From Candidatus Binatia bacterium (lineage in GTDB: Bacteria > Desulfobacterota > Binatia > HRBIN30): a stretch of DNA of 35,261 nucleotides. Where the stretch lies: the NCBI GenBank assembly GCA_038245295.1, contig JBBRSP010000043.1:1-35261 (forward strand). Reading direction: 5' to 3'. The notes beneath the pieces were generated by a model that did not search any database, was not told where the DNA came from, and saw only the letters and a list, made by a program, of their open reading frames with translations. Shown here piece by piece: positions 8,977 through 18,365 of this stretch (positions within the stretch are counted from its first letter, which is position 1; each line of letters begins with the position of its first letter). Made by a program: the position numbers and the translations under genes.

Positions 8977-10215
8977 ATGATCGAATGGGGCGAGCAGCAT
9001 CTGCTGATTCAAGACATGGTACGCAAGTTCGTCGAGGCGGAAGTGGTTCCGAACCTCGAACAGCTCGAACACGGCGATTTGCCGCCATATGAGACCATGC
9101 GGAAGTTGGCCAACACCTTCGGCCTCTCCGAGGCGGCGCGCATGCGTTACGAGGCACAGAAAAAGGCAGCGCTGAGCGGCAAACCCGAGAAGGACCCGGA
9201 CAGCCCGGCGCGCGGTGGCCAGGCCGCCGCCGACGCCATGGCGATGCAAATCATCCCGATCATCGAGCTTTCGAAATACTGCCCGGGCCTGGTCACCGCG
9301 ATGGGTGTCAGCATGGGCCTGACCGCCGGCGCCATCATGAACAAGGGCACGTGGGCACAGAAGGATCGCTGGGCCTTGCCCGTCATGACCCTCGAAAAGA
9401 TCGGCGCCTGGGCGATCACCGAACCCGGCTCGGGCTCGGATGCGTTTGGCTCGATGAAGGCGACGGCGCGACGCGATGGCGACGACTACGTGCTGAACGG
9501 GCAGAAGACGTTCATTACCAATGGACCCTACGCCGATACGATCGTCTTCATCTGCAAGCTCGACGACGGCAAAGCTGAGGCCAAGGATCGCAAAGTCGTA
9601 AGCTTCATCCTCGACAAAGGCACGCCCGGACTCGACCAGTCCAAGCCGCTGCGCAAGATGGGCATGCACTCTTCGCCCACGGGTGAGCTGTTTCTCGACA
9701 ATGTGCGCGTCGGCAAGGAGCGACTGATCGGCGAAAGCGAAGACGCCTACGGCGGCCGCTCGGGCGCCAAGGCGACCTTTGGTTCCGAACGCTCGGGCGT
9801 CGTCTCGATGGCCTACGGCATGGTCGAGCGGTGCATCCAGTTGAGCACCGAGTATGCCCGCACACGTGTGCAGTTCGGCAAACCGATCGGCGAGTTTCAA
9901 CTGATCCAGCTGAAGCTGGCGAAGATGTATGTGGCGCGCATGAACATCCGCAACATGCTCTTCCGGCAGATCGAACTGGCGGCGCATGGCAAGAGCCTGA
10001 GCTTCGCCGAAGCGTCGGCCAATAAGCTCTACGCCGCGCAAGCCACGATGGAGGTCTGCCTCGAGTCGGTGCAGCTCTTCGGCGGCAACGGCTACATGGC
10101 CGAGTACGGCGTCGAGCAACTGTGCCGCGATGCCAAGGTTCTGCAAATCTACGGCGGCACCGACGAGATCCAGATCTCGCAAGTTGCGCGCAACATGCTC
10201 AGCGGGGATGCGTGA
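8977..10215 (+). CDS. Acyl-CoA dehydrogenase
   Basis: AITEPGSGSDA, LNGQKTFITNG, RVQFGKPIGEFQ, QLFGGNGY and IYGGTDEIQ motifs. GGAGG RBS upstream. Confidence 0.95.
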   Translation: MIEWGEQHLLIQDMVRKFVEAEVVPNLEQLEHGDLPPYETMRKLANTFGLSEAARMRYEAQKKAALSGKPEKDPDSPARGGQAAADAMAMQIIPIIELSKYCPGLVTAMGVSMGLTAGAIMNKGTWAQKDRWALPVMTLEKIGAWAITEPGSGSDAFGSMKATARRDGDDYVLNGQKTFITNGPYADTIVFICKLDDGKAEAKDRKVVSFILDKGTPGLDQSKPLRKMGMHSSPTGELFLDNVRVGKERLIGESEDAYGGRSGAKATFGSERSGVVSMAYGMVERCIQLSTEYARTRVQFGKPIGEFQLIQLKLAKMYVARMNIRNMLFRQIELAAHGKSLSFAEASANKLYAAQATMEVCLESVQLFGGNGYMAEYGVEQLCRDAKVLQIYGGTDEIQISQVARNMLSGDA

Positions 10216-10240
10216 AGATCGTCGTGATTCCCGCATAGCT

Positions 10241-10291
10241 GGGCAAGGGCACGGGCACGGGCAAGTTGACGGGACAATGCCCGTGCCCGTG
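10241..10291. repeat. GGGCA(C/A) hexamer tandem repeat with inverted copy (hairpin)
   Basis: GGGCAA GGGCAC GGGCAC GGGCAA (10241-10264) pairs with TGCCCGTGCCCGTG (10278-10291). Confidence 0.7.
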
Positions 10292-10353
10292 ATGGACGGA
10301 TCCCTACGGTACCCAGGTTTGCTCCTCCGCCCCCCCGTGGTAGATGGACCGCT

Positions 10354-10743
10354 GTGTTTACATCCGAATCAGTAACGCGCGGCATTCGTATTGCCGTGCA
10401 GTCCGTGTATGTCCCGGAGCGCTCCGACCCGGATGAGAAGCAATGGTTCTTTGCCTACCAGGTCCGGGTGTCGAACGAAGGCACGGAGACGGCGCAGCTG
10501 GTGAGCCGTCACTGGATCATCACCGATGCCGACGGCCACGTCGAGCAAGTGAAGGGCCCGGGTGTCGTGGGTGAACAGCCGGTACTGCGTCCCGGCGAAT
10601 CCTTCGAATACACCTCGGCTTGTCCGCTCGGCACACCGGTCGGCACGATGCACGGCTCGTACCAGATGGTCACCACCGGCGGCGAGCGTTTCGATGCCGA
10701 GATCGCGCCGTTTTCGCTCGGTGAGCCGAGCATCATCAACTGA
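10354..10743 (+). CDS. apaG: ApaG (Co2+/Mg2+ efflux-associated, DUF525)
   Basis: FAYQVRVSNEG, QLVSRHWIITDADG, GPGVVGEQPVL and FEYTSACPL motifs. Confidence 0.95.
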   Translation: MFTSESVTRGIRIAVQSVYVPERSDPDEKQWFFAYQVRVSNEGTETAQLVSRHWIITDADGHVEQVKGPGVVGEQPVLRPGESFEYTSACPLGTPVGTMHGSYQMVTTGGERFDAEIAPFSLGEPSIIN

Positions 10744-10755
10744 CGCGAGCGGCGC

Positions 10756-11760
10756 TTGTCGGCGTACGACTTTTCCCCCTACCTCTCTCCCGATGCGGCC
10801 ATGGCCGCGGCGGCGGCCTGGCCGCAGGGGCACCCGCCGTTGTGTTGGCTCGAGGAGATCGGCCGCTCGACCCAGGGTCGCCCGATTCATGCGATCCGCA
10901 TCGGTCCGATTGGTGCGGCGCGGCCGCGACCACGCCTGCTGATCACCGCACAGATCCACGCGGTCGAGTTCATCGGCAGCTACGTGGCGCGGCGTGTCGC
11001 CGAACGGCTGCTGTCGGGTTACGGCAAAGAGGTCCACATCACGGCGCTGCTCGACGCCGCCGATGTCTGGGTCGTACCGCTGCTCAATCCGGATGGGGCG
11101 CAACGCATCTGGGATGCCGGCGGTATCAGCAGCCTCGGCGGGGCGCGCTTCACCGCCAACGGCGTTGATCCGAATCGCAACTTCCCCTTTGTCGAGAGTG
11201 AAGGACGCAGCGGCTGGAACTCGGCGCGCGCCACACCGGGCTCGGCGTATTACCGCGGACCACATCCGCTCAGCGAGCCCGAGTGCCTGGCGCTGGCGCG
11301 CCTTTGTGAGCGCGAACGCTTCTGCGCCGCCATCAACTTTCACAGTTTCAGTGCCGTGGTGTTCATGCCGGAAGTAAGCGGGCCCGACGCCGCCAAGGCA
11401 CAGCGCGTACTCGATGTTTTCAACCGTGAGTTCCAGTCACATCAACCGCACCGCCGCTATCGTCCCATCCCGGAGCGTTCCGCCAAGATCGAGGGACAGC
11501 TCGATCCGTTTCTGCTGAACGCTTTCGGGACACCGAGCGTAACCGTAGAGGTCAGCCGCCTCGGCTGGCATTTGCTCAACCCAGCCCGGCTACGCCGCAT
11601 CTTCTGGTGGGCCAATCCGCGGCAAGCCGACTACTGGGCCGACAACGATTGCGAAGCGACGGTGCATGCGTTGATCGCCCTACTCGAACGCTCAGGCGGC
11701 ACGCCGTGCGAAGCGGCGGAGCCGCAGCTGGCATCCTGGGCAACAACGCGGTCGATTTAG
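10756..11760 (+). CDS. M14 family zinc carboxypeptidase
   Basis: IGRSTQGRPI, HxxE (QIHAVE), VPLLNPDG, NGVDPNRNF, SEPE and NFHSF motifs. TTG start. Confidence 0.85.
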   Translation: MSAYDFSPYLSPDAAMAAAAAWPQGHPPLCWLEEIGRSTQGRPIHAIRIGPIGAARPRPRLLITAQIHAVEFIGSYVARRVAERLLSGYGKEVHITALLDAADVWVVPLLNPDGAQRIWDAGGISSLGGARFTANGVDPNRNFPFVESEGRSGWNSARATPGSAYYRGPHPLSEPECLALARLCERERFCAAINFHSFSAVVFMPEVSGPDAAKAQRVLDVFNREFQSHQPHRRYRPIPERSAKIEGQLDPFLLNAFGTPSVTVEVSRLGWHLLNPARLRRIFWWANPRQADYWADNDCEATVHALIALLERSGGTPCEAAEPQLASWATTRSI

Positions 11761-11826
11761 ACCTCGGGAAACGATGTTCACATAGCGTTCGGCAGCCCCC
11801 TGGTGGTTGCTGGGATTTGCATCGAG

Positions 11827-11880
11827 GGGCGCCGCGGAGTGACGCGCTCCGACTATGTAGGGGTGGTTCGGGAACCGCCC
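11827..11880. repeat. Two adjacent REP-like palindromes of different families
   Basis: 11827-11851 matches 19214-19238 at 23/25 positions. 11857-11880 GTAGGGGTGGTTCGGGAACCGCCC is a GTAG-type hairpin. Confidence 0.65.
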
Positions 11881-11888
11881 GGTTGTCG

Positions 11889-11993
11889 TCAGGTCGCGAC
11901 CAAGGCGGCGCCGCGTTCTTCCAGCAACTCGCGCAGTAGGGATCGGTGGCAGAGTGCTTCATCGTCGCAGTAGCAACCCACCGCCAGGTTCGT
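11889..11993 (-). pseudogene. C-terminal remnant of a DUF488-family gene
   Basis: Translates to TNLAVGCYCDDEALCHRSLLRELLEERGAALVAT*. It has the C...CHRS motif of DUF488 proteins, an in-frame TAG just before it, and no start codon. Confidence 0.65.
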
Positions 11994-12010
11994 CTAGCGC
12001 GGCGGCGACC

Positions 12011-12535
12011 TCACATCGGCGCGCACACGAAGCTACGGCGCGCCGTATCAAGCTCGGCAAGGCGCGACTCTTCGTTGATCAGCGTGCGCGTCAGGATGAT
12101 GCCTTGGCTCGTCGGCGCTTCGACAACCGTTGCTCCCTTGGGTACAGGGGCATTGCTACCCTCGCGGACAAGCACGATGTCGACCTGTCCGTCGACCGCT
12201 TCATGATCGTTCTGCTTGTAGAAGTTGTCGGTATTGGCCGCGAACATCGACAGCGACCAGTACGTCTGCGGCGGCACTTGCGCGGTTACCCGCAGCGGCC
12301 CTTGCGACACATCAAAAACGCATGCCGAGTAGAGCAGGTCCGGACTCGGCCGCACGATGGCCCGCGAGCTCTCGTCGGCACGCGGCGGGAAGGCCGCATG
12401 GTTGGTTCCATTCTGCCGTGTCATGCCACGCATGGCGATCGCCATGATCAGCCATGGGACGGAGTACACCACAAGGGCATGCGCCAGACCCGCACCAGCA
12501 AGGGCCGCCAGCAGCCATCCCGCAACCCGCCTCAT
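12011..12535 (-). CDS. DUF1254 domain protein
   Basis: 174 aa with an N-terminal TM and IVRPSPDLLYSACVFDVSQGPL and YWSLSMFAANTDNF motifs. Confidence 0.8.
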   Translation of the reverse strand: MRRVAGWLLAALAGAGLAHALVVYSVPWLIMAIAMRGMTRQNGTNHAAFPPRADESSRAIVRPSPDLLYSACVFDVSQGPLRVTAQVPPQTYWSLSMFAANTDNFYKQNDHEAVDGQVDIVLVREGSNAPVPKGATVVEAPTSQGIILTRTLINEESRLAELDTARRSFVCAPM

Positions 12536-13113
12536 CGACAGCTCTCTTTACGAATGTGCGGCAAGGCCGTAGCGGCAAGATCCGCGGTTACCGTGTCGGC
12601 TGGATTGTAAAGACGCAACGTCAGCGAAAAGTTCACCGGCTCACCCGCCGGTGTTGCCACCCAGTTGTGCGCCGTCGGCGAGCCGCCCGCGCGGATCACG
12701 AACCGTCCGTCGGCGCCGCGTTCGACATTCGTTTTGCCGGCCGCGTAACGCTTCTGCTCGTTGGGGATGAGATAGTGGTCGGCGCCGTACGCTGTAATCG
12801 ACCACCAACGCGCTGGAGGATCGGATCCTTCGATCGTGTACGCACAGTTCGAGCGCAGCGGCGTGCCATCGGAATCAGTCATCGCCGTATAGTAGACGGT
12901 CTCCGACTTGTTCAGCGCCAGCAACCCCGCGACGGCAACCCCGGCCCGGAGATACAAGCCGGCTGCCTTTGAGCCGATGTGTTCGTTGGTTGTCCACGGC
13001 CCGCTCTGCACGCCGCCATTACGGAAGCCCCGCTGCGCCATCCACCACGCCGAGCCGCCACCCACGACGAGGGAGAACAGAATCACGGCGAAGACTCGGA
13101 ACAGGGGGCGCAT
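12532..13113 (-). CDS. DUF1214 domain protein
   Basis: ETVYYTAMTDSDGTPL, PPARWWSITAY and LTLRLYNP motifs. Start at MRPLF (13113). ATGA overlap with the DUF1254 gene. Confidence 0.85.
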   Translation of the reverse strand: MRPLFRVFAVILFSLVVGGGSAWWMAQRGFRNGGVQSGPWTTNEHIGSKAAGLYLRAGVAVAGLLALNKSETVYYTAMTDSDGTPLRSNCAYTIEGSDPPARWWSITAYGADHYLIPNEQKRYAAGKTNVERGADGRFVIRAGGSPTAHNWVATPAGEPVNFSLTLRLYNPADTVTADLAATALPHIRKESCR

Positions 13114-13184
13114 GGCATTGCCGACTATCGCGGCTACCGCCGCACCGCAATGGTGGCCAGCTCGAAGCGGCTGCAATCGCTTCC

Positions 13185-14309
13185 CTACTCGAGGCGCGGC
13201 TTCATGCGGCTGGCAGCCAGGCCGATGAAGACCGCGAACAGCAACGTCAGGATCGCCATCGGCCCAAGCACCTCGGAAAGCCCGGCGCCGCGTTCGCCAA
13301 CCCGACGCAGCGCGATCTGATACCAGCGCAGAGGCAGCAAGCCGCCGACCTGTCGCACGCCGTCGGGCATCAGTTGATACGGGAACATAGAGCCGGACAG
13401 CACGAACGACGGCAGGATGAAGAACACGGTGATGAAGACCGCTTGCGCCGACGTCGACGCCAGCGTCGACACCAGCACGCCGATACTGAGGGACGCCAGA
13501 ACGAACGGCAGGGTGATGATGATGAGCGTGATGAAGCTACCGCGCGGCCAGTAGCCGAAGACGACGCCGGAGAGCAGCGTCGACAATGCCAGCAGGAAGT
13601 AGGACAGCCCAACATATGGCACCAGCTTGCCGAGCAAGAGCTGAATCGGCGTCGTCGGCAGCGATAACATCTGCTCGTAGGTGCCGTTCTCACGCTCGCC
13701 GACGATGCCCAAACTCGTCGCCGACAGGCAGAGGTTGGTGAGCAGCATACCCGCCAGGCCGGCGAGGAAGAACGTCCGGTCGGCGAGTGTTGGGTTGAAC
13801 CAAAATCGATGACGTACATCGACGGGCTCGTTTGGCAGCAGGCGCGCCGCGGTTCCCTTCACATCGAGCGCCCCGGCCACCTGCGTGATGTAGGCGCCGA
13901 CGCGCGACGCTGACAGTGGATCGGAGCCATCGAGGAGCAACTGAACTTGCGGCACCGAACGTTCGGCCTCGCGGCGGAACTCACTCGGGATGACCAGGAA
14001 AGCCAGCCCTTCACCCTTCTTCATGAGCGCCTGCCCCTGGTCGTAACTTTCGACGTAGCGCGGCGCTAGAAAGTAGCCGGTGTGTTCGATCTCCTCGACG
14101 AGTTGCCGTGACAACGTCGTCTGACTGCGATCGAGCACCAGCCACGGGACGTTGGCCGGTTTGTTCGAGATGGCGGCGCCGAACAGCAGCAGCATGATGA
14201 TCGGTTGCGCGGTCAGCGTCGCCAGCAGCGCCTGATCGTGACGCACCATCACCGCCTCTTTGTAGGCGACGGCGAAGACATTCGACCAGAATTGTCGTAG
14301 CGCGTTCAT
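13185..14309 (-). CDS. ABC-2 type transporter permease (YbhR/YbhS-like)
   Basis: ERENGTYEQMLSLP, LLGKLVPY and LSGSMFP motifs. AGGAGG RBS before ATG 14309. Confidence 0.9.
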   Translation of the reverse strand: MNALRQFWSNVFAVAYKEAVMVRHDQALLATLTAQPIIMLLLFGAAISNKPANVPWLVLDRSQTTLSRQLVEEIEHTGYFLAPRYVESYDQGQALMKKGEGLAFLVIPSEFRREAERSVPQVQLLLDGSDPLSASRVGAYITQVAGALDVKGTAARLLPNEPVDVRHRFWFNPTLADRTFFLAGLAGMLLTNLCLSATSLGIVGERENGTYEQMLSLPTTPIQLLLGKLVPYVGLSYFLLALSTLLSGVVFGYWPRGSFITLIIITLPFVLASLSIGVLVSTLASTSAQAVFITVFFILPSFVLSGSMFPYQLMPDGVRQVGGLLPLRWYQIALRRVGERGAGLSEVLGPMAILTLLFAVFIGLAASRMKPRLE

Positions 14310-14319
14310 GCCGGCCTCC

Positions 14320-15450
14320 TCATGCTCGCGCCTCGATGCTGCGCAGGGCAGCACGCACCAGCAGCGCTCCGAAAATACCGAGCAGAAACAATTCGAACAT
14401 CAGATCGGAAGGTCCCTCGGCGCGAATATAGATGGCGCGCGCCAGGCGAATGTAATGCGTCGCCGGGAAGATCTCCGAGAACCACTGCACGGCCATCGGC
14501 ATGTTGCGCGTCGGGAACGCGAAGCCGCTCAACTGCACCAGCGGGATGCTCAGCATGACGCTTTTCTGCACCGCTTCGGCGGCCGTCGCCGAGCTCGCCG
14601 AGATGATCACACCCATCGCCAGCGACACGAGAACGTAGAATGCCGACACAACGACAAAGAACAGGGCGCTGCCTTGCGGCCACACGTGCAGGACGAAGCC
14701 CGCCAGCAGCACCATCAGAATGACATCGAACGTGAAGATGGCGCCGAGCGGCAGGATCTTCCCGAGTAGGATCTCGACGCCGGTTGCCGGCGTCACCTGC
14801 AGTTGCTCGAAGGTCCCGGTGAGGCGCTCGTTGACGATGCTCACGGCGGTCAGAAGAACGGTAAGAAACGACAGCACAAAGCCAAACGTTCCTGAAACCA
14901 TGAACGGCGCGCCCGCAAGTTTCGGGTTGAACAAGGCGCGCGTCACGACGTGTACACCCGGAGTCGATACTGGCATCGATGGTTTGATCGCCTGGGTAAT
15001 AATCGTCGCACCGTTCAGACCCACCATCGAACGCAGGAAGCCCTCGGCATTGCCCGCGAGCACAGCCTCCCCGCCGTCATAGAGCACCTGCAACTGTGGT
15101 GATTCCGCATTGCCGGGGCCGCGCGCGCCACGCCCAAATGCCGGCGGAATGATTATGGCCGCACTGATCTCGCCGCCGACCAGACCACGTTCGAGCTCCT
15201 CGCGCGTCGCATAGTGGTACGGCTTGAAGGTTCCCTTCGCCGTCAACTCAGCGATCAGCTCACGACTCGCCGGCGTCTGGCTGCCATCCAACAGGCCCAA
15301 CGTCAGGCCGGTGATCTCGGTCGACAACACGAAGCCAAACACCATCAGCGCGGCGATCGGGACGGCGATCAATACCGTCACCGTAAAGACGCTACGGAAC
15401 GTCGCCCGCACTTCGCGCAGCATCAAGGTCCGCAAGCGGCGCCAGTTCAT
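14320..15450 (-). CDS. ABC-2 type transporter permease (YbhS/YbhR-like)
   Basis: ERLTGTFEQLQVTP, ILLGKILP and LSGFAFP motifs. Confidence 0.9.
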   Translation of the reverse strand: MNWRRLRTLMLREVRATFRSVFTVTVLIAVPIAALMVFGFVLSTEITGLTLGLLDGSQTPASRELIAELTAKGTFKPYHYATREELERGLVGGEISAAIIIPPAFGRGARGPGNAESPQLQVLYDGGEAVLAGNAEGFLRSMVGLNGATIITQAIKPSMPVSTPGVHVVTRALFNPKLAGAPFMVSGTFGFVLSFLTVLLTAVSIVNERLTGTFEQLQVTPATGVEILLGKILPLGAIFTFDVILMVLLAGFVLHVWPQGSALFFVVVSAFYVLVSLAMGVIISASSATAAEAVQKSVMLSIPLVQLSGFAFPTRNMPMAVQWFSEIFPATHYIRLARAIYIRAEGPSDLMFELFLLGIFGALLVRAALRSIEARA

Positions 15451-16382
15451 GCCTTCCTCCAGGCCGCTTCGAGGATGTCGCGGAAGACACGCGTCATCGG
15501 TGCTTGCTCGATATGGACCGTCACCGGTCCAGCCGCGGTCTGCAGGGTGTTGAGGAGTTCGAGTCGCGCTCCGTCCAGCTCCGGTGTCGTCAGGCGCAAG
15601 CTGCCGTCGTCCATCGCTTGTACGATACCGAGCGGTTGCAGCTCAGCCGTCAAGCGCGCGTGCTCCGCGGTAGGTGCTTCGACCGATACGATGTACCCGC
15701 CGCTATGGGCGCGCCGCAGTTCCTCCGGGGCCGCGTTGGCGATCAATTTACCGGCGTCGATGAACGAGACCCAGTCACAATAGTCGACCTCTTCCAGGAA
15801 ATGGGTCGTCACGAAGACGGTTACGCCCTTGTCGGCTTCCTCCTGAATGAGCTCCCAGAACAGACCACGGTTGTGCACATCGACACCGGCGGTGGGCTCA
15901 TCGAGAAACAAGACACGCGGCCGATGCAAAGTGCTCAGCGCCAGGCCGGCGCGCTGGCGTACCCCGGCCGACAGAGACTCGGTCTTCTCGTTCTCGGCGG
16001 CCGCCAGATCGAAACGTTTACGCAGCTGCGCCCAATTGCTTTCGAGGGTAGCCGCGTCGAGACCGTAAAGTCCGGCGTAGAACTCGACGTTTTCGATCAG
16101 GCTGAGCCCCTGATACAGGCTGACCTTCTGTCCCATGTAGCCGATGTGGTCGCGCACCCGGCGTGGGTGGTGCATCACATCGATGCCATCGACTTCGATT
16201 TCGCCGGCGGTGGGCTGCAGCAAGCCGATCAGCATACGTATCGTCGTGCTCTTGCCCGAGCCGTTGGCGCCGAGGAAGGCGAAGATAGTGCCGGGCTCGA
16301 CCGCGAGGTCGAGCTTGTCGACCGCGACAAAGTCGCCGAAGCGTTTGGTCAGACCGCTAGCACGAATGATCGGCGTGCTCAT
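15447..16382 (-). CDS. ABC transporter ATP-binding protein
   Basis: Walker A GANGSGKST, signature LSAGVRQR, Walker B LFLDEPTAG. Confidence 0.93.
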   Translation of the reverse strand: MSTPIIRASGLTKRFGDFVAVDKLDLAVEPGTIFAFLGANGSGKSTTIRMLIGLLQPTAGEIEVDGIDVMHHPRRVRDHIGYMGQKVSLYQGLSLIENVEFYAGLYGLDAATLESNWAQLRKRFDLAAAENEKTESLSAGVRQRAGLALSTLHRPRVLFLDEPTAGVDVHNRGLFWELIQEEADKGVTVFVTTHFLEEVDYCDWVSFIDAGKLIANAAPEELRRAHSGGYIVSVEAPTAEHARLTAELQPLGIVQAMDDGSLRLTTPELDGARLELLNTLQTAAGPVTVHIEQAPMTRVFRDILEAAWRKA

Positions 16383-17308
16383 TGTGCCGCCCCTCGGGCC
16401 AGGTGGAGCAGAGTCGCTTCCATGTCGATCGCCGCGCGTTCGACAAAGCTCACCTTGGCTCCCGGCAGCTGCGATAACGCCGCGAACACTTGCGTCGCAC
16501 CCGGCGACTGCGAGCGTGCCACCTCGACCCGTGCAAAACTGCCGGTCGGTCGCGCTGCCAGCACGAACGGCAACTGACGCGCCGCGCGCGCGATGTCGCG
16601 CGGGCTGTCACCCCAGGCGTGATACAGCTCGAGCGGCACCAGATCGCGCAGCTGCTGTGGCGTGCCGTTGCCGATGATACGGCCTTCATCGAGATAAAGC
16701 AGGCGATCGCAGGCTTCCGCCTCGTCGAGGTAGCTGGTGCTCATCACGACGAGGGCGTGCTCACGCGCCGCTTCGAGCAGGCTCCAGATCTCGCCGCGAG
16801 CGAGAACATCGACACCGGCCGTCGGTTCATCGAGCAGCAACAACGCAGGCTCGACAAGCAGGGCGTTAGCAACCGCCAGCTTCTGCCTCATGCCACCCGA
16901 CAGGGCGCCGGCGGCGCGGTTCACGAACGGGGTCAAGCTGGTTCGCTTGAGCAAGACGGCGACACGCGACTCGAAGACATCGGTGGGCAAGCGGCGCAGA
17001 CGACCGGTGAAGCGCAGGTTTTCGATGACCGAGAGATCGCGGTGCAGACTGAACACCTGCGGCACGTAGCCGATGTGGTTCTTCATCTCGGTGACGTCGG
17101 CGAGCAAGTCATAGCCCAGCACCGTCGCGTGCTCCGCTTCGATTTCGAGTAGCCCCACGAGCGTGCGAATCAGCGTGGTCTTGCCGGCGCCGTCGGGACC
17201 GACCACACCGACGATCTCACCCTGCGAAAGTTGCAGATCGATGCGATCGAGCGCCGCGCGGGTGCCGAAGTGTTTCGACAGCTGATGCAGATCGACGACG
17301 TTCACCAC
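16379..17308 (-). CDS. ABC transporter ATP-binding protein
   Basis: Walker A GPDGAGKTT, LSGGMRQK and LLLDEPTAG. Start is probably GTG at 17308 or 17305. Confidence 0.9.
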   Translation of the reverse strand: MVNVVDLHQLSKHFGTRAALDRIDLQLSQGEIVGVVGPDGAGKTTLIRTLVGLLEIEAEHATVLGYDLLADVTEMKNHIGYVPQVFSLHRDLSVIENLRFTGRLRRLPTDVFESRVAVLLKRTSLTPFVNRAAGALSGGMRQKLAVANALLVEPALLLLDEPTAGVDVLARGEIWSLLEAAREHALVVMSTSYLDEAEACDRLLYLDEGRIIGNGTPQQLRDLVPLELYHAWGDSPRDIARAARQLPFVLAARPTGSFARVEVARSQSPGATQVFAALSQLPGAKVSFVERAAIDMEATLLHLARGAAQ

Positions 17309-17327
17309 TACATGTCCGTTGCCGGGC

Positions 17328-18344
17328 TCAACTCGCGTCGCCGACGAGGAACACATTGCCCTCGGTGCCGGGTTGGAACGTCTCGATGTCCTTCAAGATG
17401 CGCACCTTGGCGCGGTACACCTGGCCGATGCGATCGGAGCGTGTCTCGATCTTCTCCGGTGTGAACGACGCCTTGTCCGCCACAAAGCTGACTTCGCCCG
17501 GCGTACGCACGCCGGGACGGCTATCGAGCTCGATATCGACCTTCGTGCCCACACGCAGTCGATCGAGCTCCGCCACCGGGACATAGATCTGCACGTACTT
17601 GTCTTTCGGATCGATCAGCGCCGCCACGGCGCCGCCCGGCTGCGCCAGCTCACCGGCCCACAGGAACTGCGTCTGCACGACAGTTTCCGTCGACGGAGCG
17701 CGGATGGTGTACTTCGACTGGGTTACTTCGAGCTCCTTCAGCTGTGCCTCGGCCAGCTCACGCTGCTGACGTTGTGTTTCGCGATCGCGCCGCGCCACTT
17801 CGATCTGGCGCTCCTCTGCTTCGGTACGCCCGTACATCTGTCTTGCACGCTCGAGCGCACTCTGGGCCTGGTCATTGCGGGCCCGATTATCATCGAAGCT
17901 CTGTTGCGACGTGACCCCGGATCGGCGCAGTGAGTCTTCGCGCACCAACGTGCGCTGGGCGAGCGTCGCAGCGGCTTCGGCTTGTTTCACGTCAGCCTCC
18001 CCGGCATTGAGCTGGCGTTTCCACGTGCTCTCGACCAGGGCAATCTTCTCCTCCTGCGATTGCAGCTGCGCATCGATCACCGCCAACTCCTGTCGCTTGG
18101 CGGCAATCCGTGACTCGATATCGCGCGCGTCCAAGACCGCCAGCACTGCGTCCGGCGCCAGCTTCGCCCCTTCGACGAAGCGCACTTCCAGGACGCGACC
18201 CGACACCTCGCTGCGCACGAGTCGTTCCTCACCCTCGACGAAGCCGGTGAAATGGGAGGGTCGCGCACTGCGATGCACATAGAAGTAAGCCCCGACCGCG
18301 GCGGCGGCGATCAACAGCAGGGGCAAAAGCACTTTACGGGGCAT
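17328..18344 (-). CDS. HlyD family efflux membrane fusion protein (YbhG-like)
   Basis: N-terminal TM, lipoyl-like SEVSGRV, coiled coil, ASFTPEKIET...VYRAKV. AAGGAG RBS. Confidence 0.9.
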   Translation of the reverse strand: MPRKVLLPLLLIAAAAVGAYFYVHRSARPSHFTGFVEGEERLVRSEVSGRVLEVRFVEGAKLAPDAVLAVLDARDIESRIAAKRQELAVIDAQLQSQEEKIALVESTWKRQLNAGEADVKQAEAAATLAQRTLVREDSLRRSGVTSQQSFDDNRARNDQAQSALERARQMYGRTEAEERQIEVARRDRETQRQQRELAEAQLKELEVTQSKYTIRAPSTETVVQTQFLWAGELAQPGGAVAALIDPKDKYVQIYVPVAELDRLRVGTKVDIELDSRPGVRTPGEVSFVADKASFTPEKIETRSDRIGQVYRAKVRILKDIETFQPGTEGNVFLVGDAS

Positions 18345-18365
18345 GACGACTCCTTCAACACCAGC

